Shown here in pieces: positions 40,138-51,482 of a DNA stretch of 64,000 nucleotides; positions within the stretch are counted from its first letter, which is position 1, and every line of letters begins with the position of its first letter. Made by a program: the position numbers and the translations under genes. The notes beneath the pieces are model-generated. The model saw nothing but the letters and a program-made list of their open reading frames with translations, did no database searches and had not been told where the DNA came from. Source of the DNA: Takakia lepidozioides (lineage: Eukaryota; Plantae; Bryophyta); contig CM060732.1 in NCBI GenBank assembly GCA_030704615.1, positions 59,582,001 to 59,646,000 of the forward strand. The letters run 5' to 3'.

Positions 40138-42040
40138 TGTTCAACTCCTGAGAGGCAAGCACCGAGCCAAAGGATAGAGACGATCCTGCTCGATGGCTGG
40201 TGTGTTTTAGGGTTACATCCCTAATTTGCCAGGCCGCGAACACCTAACGATTGTGGCACGGATGTCGTCAAACAAATCATCCGATATCCGTGATATACGT
40301 TACATAATCAAAACTGGGGATTTGTGAGTGACATCTTGAGTTTCACAGTAATCGAGTAAAATTATATTTGGGTGACGGCAGTCAAGGATGGTTGGGATGG
40401 CAGGGCTGGAGCAGCCGAGCAGAGAGGAAGGCATGAAGTATTGTACGCTATTACGCTTGCAAAGAGCACTTTTATCAAAACAGTCGAAACAGTGCAGAAG
40501 CAGGTGGACGTTATGGCACATATGGTTAGTTCTATTTCGTTTTAATTCTTTCTTGCCATTCTCCACCTCCAATCAAGCCATCAGGATGGGACGGATGAGC
40601 TCATGAGATATTTCTCGGTGATTATCACTCCATGTTGGTATCTCCCTCGTGTGTTTTGAGAATTTCAGAGGCTGTAAGTTCTATTTGCCAGAAGGACCTT
40701 GTCCGAAGCAGTCAAGTAGAAAGTCTCCCTCATGGTTCTCCCTCTCCCTTGGAAAGTTATAAACTAGTTGCTGAGCACATTCAAATTAGGTTCAATGAGA
40801 GAAAAGAAAGAAAGGAGAGGAAATCACAGGAGAAAGGAAAGAAGAAAGAAGGAAGGAATTTTACAATATCTAGAAGAGAAAATGCATTTGTGGACATTGG
40901 ACAGGTTAGATACAAGTAATTTGCTCTCCTAATCGCAGAAACTTGAGTCTGAAAACCAAGAAAATGAAGAACAGAAAAGAAATGAGAAATGCGCATGTCA
41001 ACAATGAGAGACTCTGGTAGTGGTCAATAATACTCGAATCAGTTTCTGCGTGTATGGAGATGGAGAAGACCAGGTCAGCATCCTGCATACACCCTCTGGC
41101 GTTAGGGGCAGTCTAATCAGCAAATGGAGCTTGCTATGCAAGGCAAGACGCCAGATGCTGGAAATCAACTTTGGGATTACCAGCATGTGAAGAAAGCATA
41201 AGCCTTTCTCTTCCGATCCAGTGGAAAAATGAGAAGAGTCCTATACCTTGAAAAGGATTGAGACCAACATTTGACCATGGAATAATCAACTGCTGCATAT
41301 TCCTTTGTAGCTTGTACTAACATTTTTTGGATGGAAAATAGAAATAAAGTAGATACTAAAGAAACAGTCATGTTTACAAGCTCTCTTTCTGTGTGTCAAT
41401 GTTCAATGAAGGCATGGATCACATATTGTACAGGAGGCTCAGACACTGCTTGCCATAGTTGAGACAAATGAAATAGGTGCAAGTGACAATGTACCCACTG
41501 TAAAAGAGCAGAAAGGGACAGAATTCAAAATGGCCATGGGGCTCCCCTGTTTGCGAGAGATCATGTGCAACTAAGAGAGAGCTGCAGAGATGACCTTGTG
41601 GTAGTGAAGGGGATGGAACTATAGCTGAGGAGAGCTATGAGTTCTGCAGAGTTCATTGCGCAGGCAAACTTACAATGTGACATGGTGATTGAAGGGAAGC
41701 TGACCATACACGGAGAGAGGAAATCAGATCTTTTTTCAGAATTTTTGGAAGGTAAATCCCTGTTGTAGCATTCTTACACTGTTTTTATACTGTTGGAGAA
41801 TGGGGTGCTTTTTGTCCAGCTTATCATGCTTGGCTTGCTTTCAAGTTTTATTTTCTGATTTTCAGGATAATCTTCTGCTGCATAATCTCTTCTTGTGCTA
41901 CTTATATTTCTTGACTGAGTCTTTCTATCAACTATTCAACTCGCTTCATTCGCATCCAATGTATTTGAACTGATGGAGTATGAGTCTTAGTGGTTATTTG
42001 CTGCTACTCAAGCAAGCCTCCAGGTTTGACTAGTGGGAAA

Positions 42041-42155
42041 ATGCAGGAGATTGGTGTGGCTATTTCAGCCGTGTGTTCAAAGTCCTAAACTGAATCGATG
42101 GCTGCCTTTATGCAGTTAAACGCTCACAACACCAAGTGCGTCAAGACAGTGAGAG
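42041..42155 (+). pseudogene. WEE1: WEE1 kinase exon fragment, copy 1
   Basis: EIG.GYFSRVFKVLN*IDGCLYAVKRSQHQVRQDSER matches plant WEE1 subdomains I-II. It has a stop and a frameshift. Confidence 0.75.
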
Positions 42156-43375
42156 GTACTGTCTGATTTGCAAAGCCACTTTCCAGACTGCTACCTAGGG
42201 TTCAATTTCAGTCTGCACAAGGCTTTTTCTTTGCAGGTTCCCAAACATTCACAACTACAACATTCCAGAGAGGTGCACTTATGGAGACTTTGTGGTTGTA
42301 GTTGGTTGGAGCAGATCTGCAGTCTTCCAGAAGCTACATTTATATTACTTGGAGATGTGAGTGTATCGAGGTTTCTTTGAGTCGGTGCTACACCTGTGTA
42401 CAATTTAGTTGGAGTGTGGTCTTCCTAGTATTTCAAAAGTTTCTCTTAGGCTCTTGATGTCTGCATGTTCCTCCCTCCTCTTCTTCTCCTCTCCCCTCTC
42501 CCACTTAACATCTGGCCTCATGTTTTCAGACACCGAGCCCACACGGGTTGCATCAGCCTGGCTGGAGGACAACCAGCCACACCAGCAGCTGCAGGTCCCC
42601 CACCTTTCAGAGCTACCCGATGAAGCAATTTCAGATGTTCCACTTACTGGGAAAAAATCACAGAAGGAGGAAGCTCAGTCTACAACCCACCCAATTCGCG
42701 TGCATTTTCAACGTAACTCTTGCTGGAGCACCTACTGATTGGGGGTTGGTATTCCCTGTCCTAGCACCACTGAAGCCTCTCAAAATTGAGATTTGCCAAA
42801 GAGTGTCTATGTCTAACTTCTCATCATCATGACAAATTTGGAAGTGCAATCCGCTATCCATGCAACAATTCAAGTTAACTGTGCTTCACCTATGGTTTGT
42901 AGGTCTCCTGGTGCCAATTTTTGGGCAGAACAGCATGTCTCGGTATCGTGTCCCATACTTGTGAGCTCCTTCGTGATTGTTTGCTTCTCTCGCTTCTGCC
43001 CTGCCCACTAGAAGATCCATGGAAGATGCTGCTGTATTTTTTAAGAGATTTTGCATTCCCATGTGGACCCAAAGTGCTCAGTGGCTTACCTGTATTCACT
43101 CCACCATCGTGCAAACGTTGGGGTTTGGTTTGTTGCATGTTTAACAGATGTCACATATCTCTCTGTCTATCTGTCTATCCTAGGTTACCCCGGTAGGTTG
43201 GAACTTGGAACCCACCATGTCTCCAGGAGGGTTATAAGCATCCCTGGGGCCCTATGCTCTCAAGGGTAGTTCGGTCATAGGAAACATCAATGAGGACATT
43301 TCCTTCCCAGCCAGCCACTAATAAGTGAAGGGATATGGGGCAAGCAAGCCTCCAGGTTTGACAAGCTGTGGGAAA

Positions 43376-43495
43376 ATGAAGGAGATTGGGCGTGGCAAGT
43401 TCAGCCGTGTGTTCAAAGTCCTACACCGAATCGGTGGCTGCCTTTATGCAATTAAACACTCACAAGTTCAGCTTTATTGTGCCATCAAGTCTTCG
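43376..43495 (+). pseudogene. WEE1: WEE1 kinase exon fragment, copy 2
   Basis: MKEIGRGKFSRVFKVLHRIGGCLYAIKHS. It shares the upstream caagcaagcctccaggtttgac with copy 1. Confidence 0.75.
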
Positions 43496-46400
43496 GTAAG
43501 ATATTGCCCACTTAACTCTGTGAAAGCCTCTGATATCCCTTGCGATTGAAGTAGGGAAGTTTAGTATCACCACTTTTCAATAGCCAGAAACCTACCTTTC
43601 CAGTCGTTGAGAGCGTCTGGCCTGGAGAACTGGTATATGCAGTTGTTATTGAGAATCATCACTGTCAGGTGCCTTGCAATCATCAACAAGATCAACCTGT
43701 TGTCATGGCCACTGGGGCTTTACCCTGGTACCTCCTCTGCAGTTTCACACTTGGAGCAACCTTGAGAGCCTGCAGTGCTATGTCATCCGGTGCCCCAGTT
43801 CCTTTATGAGACTAGCTGGTATTCTCCGAATGACGTGAGGTGTTGTCGAGACAGCTTTAGATTGAAGTTCCCACTCGAGCAAAATGTTTGCCATGAGCTC
43901 CGCTATATAGCTCTAACATCCTTTTATGTACTGCTTTGCAGAAGAAATATGACGAACTTAAATCAAGAGTAGCTCCAGCAAGCGCATTTGTACGACTTAA
44001 AAAGGTGAGGACCTTTTTGCCTCTTGAGAGGTTTACATGCAATTTCTACAAAGCAGTGGGCGGCTGTGAAATAGGCAACAGCAGCAGAATGATTGAACAC
44101 TTTGGGTTTGGGATCTTCATATTCCTACTTTTCAGTGATCTTTCAAGCATGACTGGTTGTCTACATCCTAGGTACTTCTGTACAGGGGATTAGGGGATTG
44201 GTTTCTCAAGTTTTTACATGTCAGGTTTATTTGAATCATTGAGGATACAAGAACAAAAAGTAATTTAATGTTTGAGTTACTGCAAACAGCAAGCAGTCAA
44301 AACATGCCTGTAAGTAATGTGATTCAAGTCAGATCCTGACCCAAAGGAAGGTGAAGATGATGGGGTGTCCCAGTGTATCACAAAGCACTCAATTGGGGCT
44401 TCCTTTTATGCTCGGCGGACATTTAATCTCTTAGGACATTTTTCAATCTTATTGTTATTTTCATTATAGAAGGGAGAGCAATTGACTTATTGGAACAAGA
44501 TATAGTGCCACCTGAACTTATGACTTAATATGATGATCAGTGGACACAGAATTGATGTGAACTATCTAATTGATTAGTCAATATGAACATATTTGAATCT
44601 ATCTTTTGTCGTAATTTGTTGGATTGAAAATGTCTAAATAAATCATTTGAATTATTTAGCAATTCAAATTTATAGCACATCGGCTGGTAGCTCACGGGTA
44701 AGTGCACAGTGTGTCACCCTGGTGGTTTGAGGGTGAAATCCGCTGCCCCGCCTGTTGTGAGGATTGTGAGGATTGTTCGGGACCAGTTGGTCTGGTGGTG
44801 CCGTTTCCCTACTTGAATAAATCAATAAATAAATAATAATGCTGCTAAATAAAGCAATCTATAACTAAAGCAATTATAGCAATACTCCATAAGTGAAGAT
44901 AAGATGCACAACAATATAATGCCACCCAAGTGCCACGCGAAATTAACATGTATTACGTAGTGACATCTATAATATCAATCTAGCACAAATACCATGAACA
45001 CACTGGGGGAGCACATTTTCAATGCATTTTCATGCGAATGTGCAATTCTAAACTGCACCAATGTGCCAACATAAAATCGTGGGCGAAGGACACAATCCCA
45101 ATATACATGTCAATTGCATTATATTTTGGTATGATATTTGTTAAAATCATGATGATATCATGATCGTGTCGTTATAATGCATAACACTATGACACAAATA
45201 TAGTTTGAATGTGGCACGAACCCATGAAAATCCGGAAAAAATGTTCTTTTGTTGGGTATCCGTGGCATGGCAACTTAGAGGTAGGGTTTAGGTCTCCAGG
45301 GTTAGTTCTTGTTACCGGCCATAAAGCACTATTCAGATTTTTCCTTTGTTACTTGACGCCCCTCCCCACTCAAAAAATATGCTCCAGCATCACATCTTAC
45401 GTACTAGAGAACACCAACCCCTATGGCGCATTCTGCCTTAGGGGGCGTTCCCTGGCATAAGAGATTTTGGGGGCAGATTATGGGGTCTATGCTTGACTAC
45501 ACAGGCCATAAGGAGCTGTTTTTTTTTTTTTTTTTTTTCCAATTTATATAAAGGGGACGGAAGGCCCTTTCTATCTAATTAAGAGTTCGAAGAAAAAATG
45601 ACCACGAGAGCGGTTGAAAGTCAAGTTGCCGATTATGAATGCATAATGTCGTGGAGCGACAATCTTCTACTTCTTTATAATTTGCCTAAAAAAGGCAAAA
45701 TTTGTCCCCAAAATCCTTTATGTGATTTGGAAGATCCTCCCAACCTTGTTGGTCACATCTTACGCTTTGTAGGATACGTCCTGTTAGGTTGGCAGAATCT
45801 CGATCTGAGCAATGCTTCACAAAATGGAAGGCCCCAACCCATAGGCGTTCCATGATTTTCGGCTGTTAGCCTCGGGCTAACGCCCTCGAGCTAGGGCCTT
45901 CCCTATCACGTAACATGATGTGTTAATTAGCGTCCATGCCTTCTTACATGGACAGGCACAGAGCACAACGCTTCTTCATAAGACTGTCTTGTCTCCTTAT
46001 GGAGAAAGGGAATGAGGCTTCATAACATGTAGCAGATTATCGGGCCAAGATTTGGAGGTGAAATGGGTATTCGGTTTGCCAATGCAAGTCCCTGAAAAAG
46101 TCCGATGGTTGTGATGCCTCTCCAACTTCTAAAGGGAAAAAAGAAGGTACGAGCGCCTTGCTTGTGGGGACACTTTTACCCATAGTGTTTTCTCTCGGGA
46201 TGATACCAGAAATGTCGCATAAGACACTAATGTTGCAGAACTCTCTCCTTATTTATCACAAACACATGCAGAAGTCCTACTATAAGTGAGTTGACTTTCA
46301 TGCATTAAGATGAATATGCTAGTCCTGTTGACCACATCTTATTGAAAGCCAAAAGAGAAATGTTGGAATCCACATAGCAGGACGTCTCCACCAAGGTATG

Positions 46401-47179
46401 AAGCCCACATTTGTTTTTGCATAAGGCAGAGAGAGGCCAAAGTAACTAAAAAGATATTGTGTCCAAGTCTATAGTTCAAGCACTCATCGATAGAGAATGA
46501 GGCACTTAAAAATTGAAGAAGTTCAGTATAGCGCCAACGTTCTTTTAAAGACATTTTCAACTAAGCACGACTGTGCATCATGGGCCCACTTTCTAGAGCG
46601 CATGTGACCCTTGTATAAGAAGTAACCTTGAAACTTGTGGCTCCATTATGAGTTGTTGCATATAGATTTGGAACTCCGAGCCTGTTCTCCGCCAGACAAA
46701 TAGTTATCCCATGGGCGAGAGGAATGCCACCACTGGAGTCATAACCCCTTTCAGTGACTAAGTGTGGGACATCTGGCTACAAAAAGCCACATTCTGGGCA
46801 CATGTAAGAATTTATGTATACAGCTCTTCATTACTTGGACTGAGTGTGTTTGAGCTATACATTAGATTCTAATAGAGTGTTCCACGTGCCAGTTGGTGGA
46901 GAGGGCTTAGGAGGTTATGGAGAAATCACTCACAGACTTCAAGATCGTGGTTGGTACATTGGAAGAGTCATTCGAGACCTAGATAAGGAGGTGGAAAGGG
47001 ATCGTTTGGAACCATGCGTTCTTCCGGGAATTTGTTGTGGAAGGTGGCATAAATCGCTCAAATTTGTTCAATGTGCATCACAATGACGAGCAAACGATGA
47101 AGCAAGTCATATACAGGTTTGTTATTCATGCATTAAAATTTTGGAGTGCCGTTTTCATAGACAGAAACTGCCTCTGTTG

Positions 47180-47600
47180 AGGCTTGCGTTAACGCAAGCC
47201 TGCCGACCCTGCTCATCATGTCTTGCAGTCTCTGGTTACCTTGGGGCAAGGATCAGGCTTGCGTTGACGCAAGCCTGATTTTGGGTGGAATGGAGCTTGG
47301 AGAATCTAGCCGAGTGTGTTATAGGGGTCTGTTGTGAGGCTGCGGAGTTCATGGTTGGTGGTTTCAGGGTCCCTCAAGACTGTAAGTGATGTGTCTTTTT
47401 CGGATCTGCAGCAGGCTTGCATTAACACAAGCCTGGTTCATGACAGCCATCAAAAGTTTAAAAAAATAAAATAAAAATAAAAATGTAGACGCCTCCAAAG
47501 GGCAGCCATCACTTTTGTTGAGGTGTCAGGGAAAACAACTTCTTGGGTATCAAGGCTCATGTTCTTGACCCGGGATCAGGCTTTCGTTGATGCAAGAATG
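47180..47600. repeat. Four copies of the palindrome (C)AGGCTTGCGTYRACGCAAGCCT(G) in paralogue intron 6 (47117-47712)
   Basis: Perfect 22-mer at 47180-47201, with variants at ~47254, ~47412 and ~47577. Confidence 0.9.
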
Positions 47601-48126
47601 AGTATATCATGTATTTAGATTATGTTTTGTAAATTGTTGCAGCGAAGGTTTGTTACCTGCTATCATGTATGTCTTGTACTTATGTTGAATTCTTTTATGG
47701 CTGTCACCGTAGATATATCCAGGGAGTGTTTTTTCCATGGGGGTTTCTAAGCACCTACCCATTCTTCATTGACAGTTGGGCAAAGACAAGTCCGGACACA
47801 ACTAAGTACACAACGGGAATTCTGGAGGACTAGAGCAAGTCCCATTTGAAAGACTGTGGCTGGTACCTGGATTGGCCCAAACAATCCACACCCTGGAAGG
47901 AGAACGTCCTTCGGAACTTGAATGACAATGCTGAGGCTCTTGCTCCTCTTACGGATATGCAGCTGCAGTTGAGAGATCTCCGACTTTTGAGAGCAAATGA
48001 ACCGGTTGTGAATCCGAGCCCGAAAAAGAAGGGTGGAAAGAAGAAGGATAAAAAGAAAGAAGGCGAACAAAGCCAGGCAGTGGCTACTGTGGCAGGAGGG
48101 GCTCAGAGGGGGTCACAACTCACTCT

Positions 48127-48420
48127 CACTACAGGAAAGGGGGGGGGGGTTGCGACGCCGCAGCCATGTCGCGGCGTCGTAAAACAGCCCTTTTCGGGCG
48201 GGGGGGAAAACCCAAATTTACGACGCTCGGGCGTCGCCAAAAAAACGTTGCAAACTTGCGACCAATGGGGTCGCAAATAGGCAAAACCGCGATTTGCGAC
48301 GTCTAAGCGTCGGAAAAAAAAAAAAAAAAAAAAAAAAAAAACTACTCTGCAATGCAGAATTAGCACCGTCCGGGGGTCGCCAAGTGCGACGCCCGGACGT
48401 CACAATTTAAGGGGGTAAAT
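48127..48420 (+). mobile_element. CACTA element left-end remnant interrupting paralogue exon 7
   Basis: Starts CACTACAGGAAA plus a G-run, then ttgcgacg / cgtcgc subterminal repeats like those at 61650-61980. Confidence 0.65.
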
Positions 48421-50799
48421 TTGAATTTCAAAAACTTGTTAACCATTGACTCCGGTTCTGTCTAATGGCGATATGTTCAATTCTACATATATCATGCAAT
48501 GCATACTTGAACCTAAGACCTCCACGTTATAACATTTCTAAGACACTACAAACTAACCAACACACCTACGCTACATCTATGTATCACTGGACAATGGGTG
48601 TTTGTTCATCCTCCAAGCAGCCAATGCAAAGTGCAGACAACTACTAGCCAGTTTCCTGAAGTCTGGTGGGATGAAGGTGATTAAAAGCTGGAATGGAGTT
48701 AACAGTCTCCCACTTACAAAGGGGGACTTCCCAAGCCAGAAGGTATGTCGCATCCTCCATTATAATCAATCTTGTGGAAATGTTTCTCGTGTTTGGATTG
48801 CTCTGTTTTTCTCTTGCGCTGTCAATCTCCTTTTCCATCATTCCGAAGCATGGTACAAGGGTGTCCTCTGCTCATTCCCTTGCTCTTGCCTCGGTGCTCA
48901 CTCACTAACTCCTTTGTTTTGATTTCGTAGACACGAGCTTTTGATACGCACTGTCTCGTAAGAGAACGCCATCCATCGACACCGTCATCCGTGAAGGAGT
49001 TCGAGGTCCTGAAAGGGGGAACACATGTTGATTCGTCTTGCGATCGGTGGATGATGATTTCATCTACAACTACGTGGACGCCTCACTTACTGTGCTGCGA
49101 ACTTCCGGAGAGCCATGGAGAGGTACACGGGAGAATAGTCCTGCCTTCATGCAGACAGTCATCGAGTCTTGCAGCGTTGAAGGGTCCCGAGTTGTTGACC
49201 TCACTCTTGGAACAGGTTCGGGCCTTCACACCCTCGCAATATTATGCCTTCATTGTTGTTGTTTGAGATTGCAGGTGCGCCTATCTTTGCTCATTTTGTG
49301 GATTCTGCATGCAGGGGCATCGTTCCATGCCTGCAAGGCAGCGGGAAGGCATCTGTTCGCCTTTGAGGGGGATGCCGAACTGTACAAAGAGGTGATAGCT
49401 CCCCTCCATGAGGGCTCAACCTCAGGCATGTAGACAGATGCGGCGGTCGCAGCAGTGCCGTTGGAACACGAGGACATGGAAATTGACAACGATTTTGATT
49501 GTGAGTAAGTCGTCTGCGTTTTCTTCTTTACATGGGACTCTTTTGTGGCGTCGGAGTTTGGGCAGCTCATGAATGTTTGCAATATTTTTTGCAGGAGCCT
49601 AACAACGCCAAGGTTTCTCCTTTTCTTTGCGATCCTGGACTTCTTTCCAAGTCCGCCCCCCCATGCTTGAATTGCCATGTTATGATGAGGCTGCAGCAAG
49701 ATCATTTGCTCTCGAAGCATCTCCCCCTCGTCTGGTTTGTGGCAGGAAGGGACGTGTGCATGGCAGGGCTTTGGTGTTTATTGATAGTTGTGCTTCGGTT
49801 TCGAATGCGATGTCCTCTGACAGTGGATCTCCGGAATCGAAATAACCCATATGTTTTCAGACTTTGTATGGACACTGCAATACCGAGTTCCTTGATTTCA
49901 ATCATGCGTGTGCCTCTCGACCTGTTCTTATATTCAAAACTTCCTTCATGTATGTTCATTAATCCATCCGATAGACGTCAACAATAGAAGCACTCACCAT
50001 CCATATTCTTGCGAAACATTCATCCAATGCTGTCAGCATTCATTAATCCATCGGTGTGCCGGATTACATAAAAAAAACATCCAAAATTCATCCAATAATC
50101 ATCCATCAATCTTACACCATCCATCAATCTTACACCATCCACCAAACGAAATCCACCTTTCATTCATTTATCATCCAACTACCATCCAATTTACATCCAA
50201 CGTTCATCTTTGAACATCCATCCGGCATTCATCCTTGTTCCATCCACATGCGCCCAATGTCTCCTCTACATTGTTGCAAAATACTGACACGTTGTATGCA
50301 GCCTTTCCCGTGGATACAGATCCCGCATGGTATTCTCATCCGCGGTTGTAGGCCCTTACGGTGACATTCATCCTCATCCGTGAGAATCTTTCCGCTCACA
50401 GATTGGCATCTTCTCGCTCACGAATCTTTCCGCTCATGTGAGCCGCTCACAGTTTAGCGTCCTCCAGATCACAGAGGGCACGCGAATCAATTGTCGTGGA
50501 GGCTAGAGCTCATGAAGCGTTTTAGTGTCGATTTTACAATTGGTGAATATCTTGCTCGTGATATGGCTATGGCGGAGGCAGCCGCCATCATGAACCGTCG
50601 CGAAATACCATAAAACAGGGAAGATCCTCTACCATCTTCACATTCACTTCTGTTTCATAAGTTGTTAGGGTTTGTAGCTTTGGCAGCTTTGAAGGTTCAA
50701 TTTTGTTGGTTATGGCTCCTCCCCTCTGGCCTCAGTCCTAAACATATGTACTGTACCCCAAAAAATGCAACATCAACTAATCATTGGATCCAAGAGCTT

Positions 50800-51195
50800 C
50801 TCAATGGCAACTTGCTTGATTTTTAGATGTCCATATTCAAGTTGACAATGAAAACGAATGCTCAAAAGGCCATGGGTGAGCCTTTTGACATGAACCTTGT
50901 GACAAGCTTTGTCAACAACGTTCAACAAATGGCCTCATTGTTCAGCGCTTGAGTGAGTTATATGCGACTTGCTGAGATTGCTATAGTTCAGGTGTTGGGA
51001 AGTGTGGAAGACGAACGTATTTTCAATCTTTTGGCATTTATGAAGTCCCAAGTTGTGGAATCGCTTGGCTGGCCACTTGAAATACTACTATTTGCATGTT
51101 TGCACAAATTTCTTCAAGGCTGAGACATTCCCATATCATGAAGCCATTGCAGGTTGGAGGGAGTCCAAGATTGGATATAGAGGCGCAACAATTTA
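50800..51195 (+). pseudogene. hAT-like transposase C-terminal (dimerisation-region) remnant
   Basis: Across frameshifts: FKLTMKTNAQKAM..RLAEIAIVQVLGSVEDERIFNLLAFMKS..WNRLAGHL..FPYHEAI. Confidence 0.7.
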
Positions 51196-51482
51196 GTTGT
51201 TCGTGGGTGATACTAGTACTAACTTGGTACTAACTACTAATTAGTTGAGCTTGGTTTGTTGTTGTTGATTTGTGGTGTGTGTAGATATTTTGCGTTGCAA
51301 TGGGCAAGGTTCAATGGACCGAGGTTTCAAATCCCCCACAGAGTACATTTTGTATGCGTGTTGCAGTTTTGTTAGACAAAATTTGGACATTTTGTCCATA
51401 TTATTTGCCTGTGATACCTATGTTGGTAATGTATTCTTCTCCTTTTTTGTCTCATCTTCTAATCCTTCATTAGCCAACGCAC

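Larger units (their letters stand above)
46760..49433 (+). pseudogene. ParB-MTase paralogue, C-terminal half (exons 5-9)
   Basis: VWDIWLQKATFWAH| aligns with TFDMWMNRMTWWFQ|. Exon 46893-47116 (..FFRE..MKQVIYR|) aligns with ..FFRE..MRLLYR|. The exon from 47713 (HLKDCGWYLDWP) aligns with HLRDCPWYVDLP, and LDNGCLFIL with LDDGGCVVVL. The C-terminal part reads SPAFMQTVIESCS..VVDLTLGTG|ASFHACKAAGRHLFAFE. Premature TAG stops are present. Confidence 0.85.

Noticed and set aside
45100-46740. Possible MITE or LINE remnants
   Set aside because: Only weak inverted similarity, with no diagnostic motif or boundaries I can defend.
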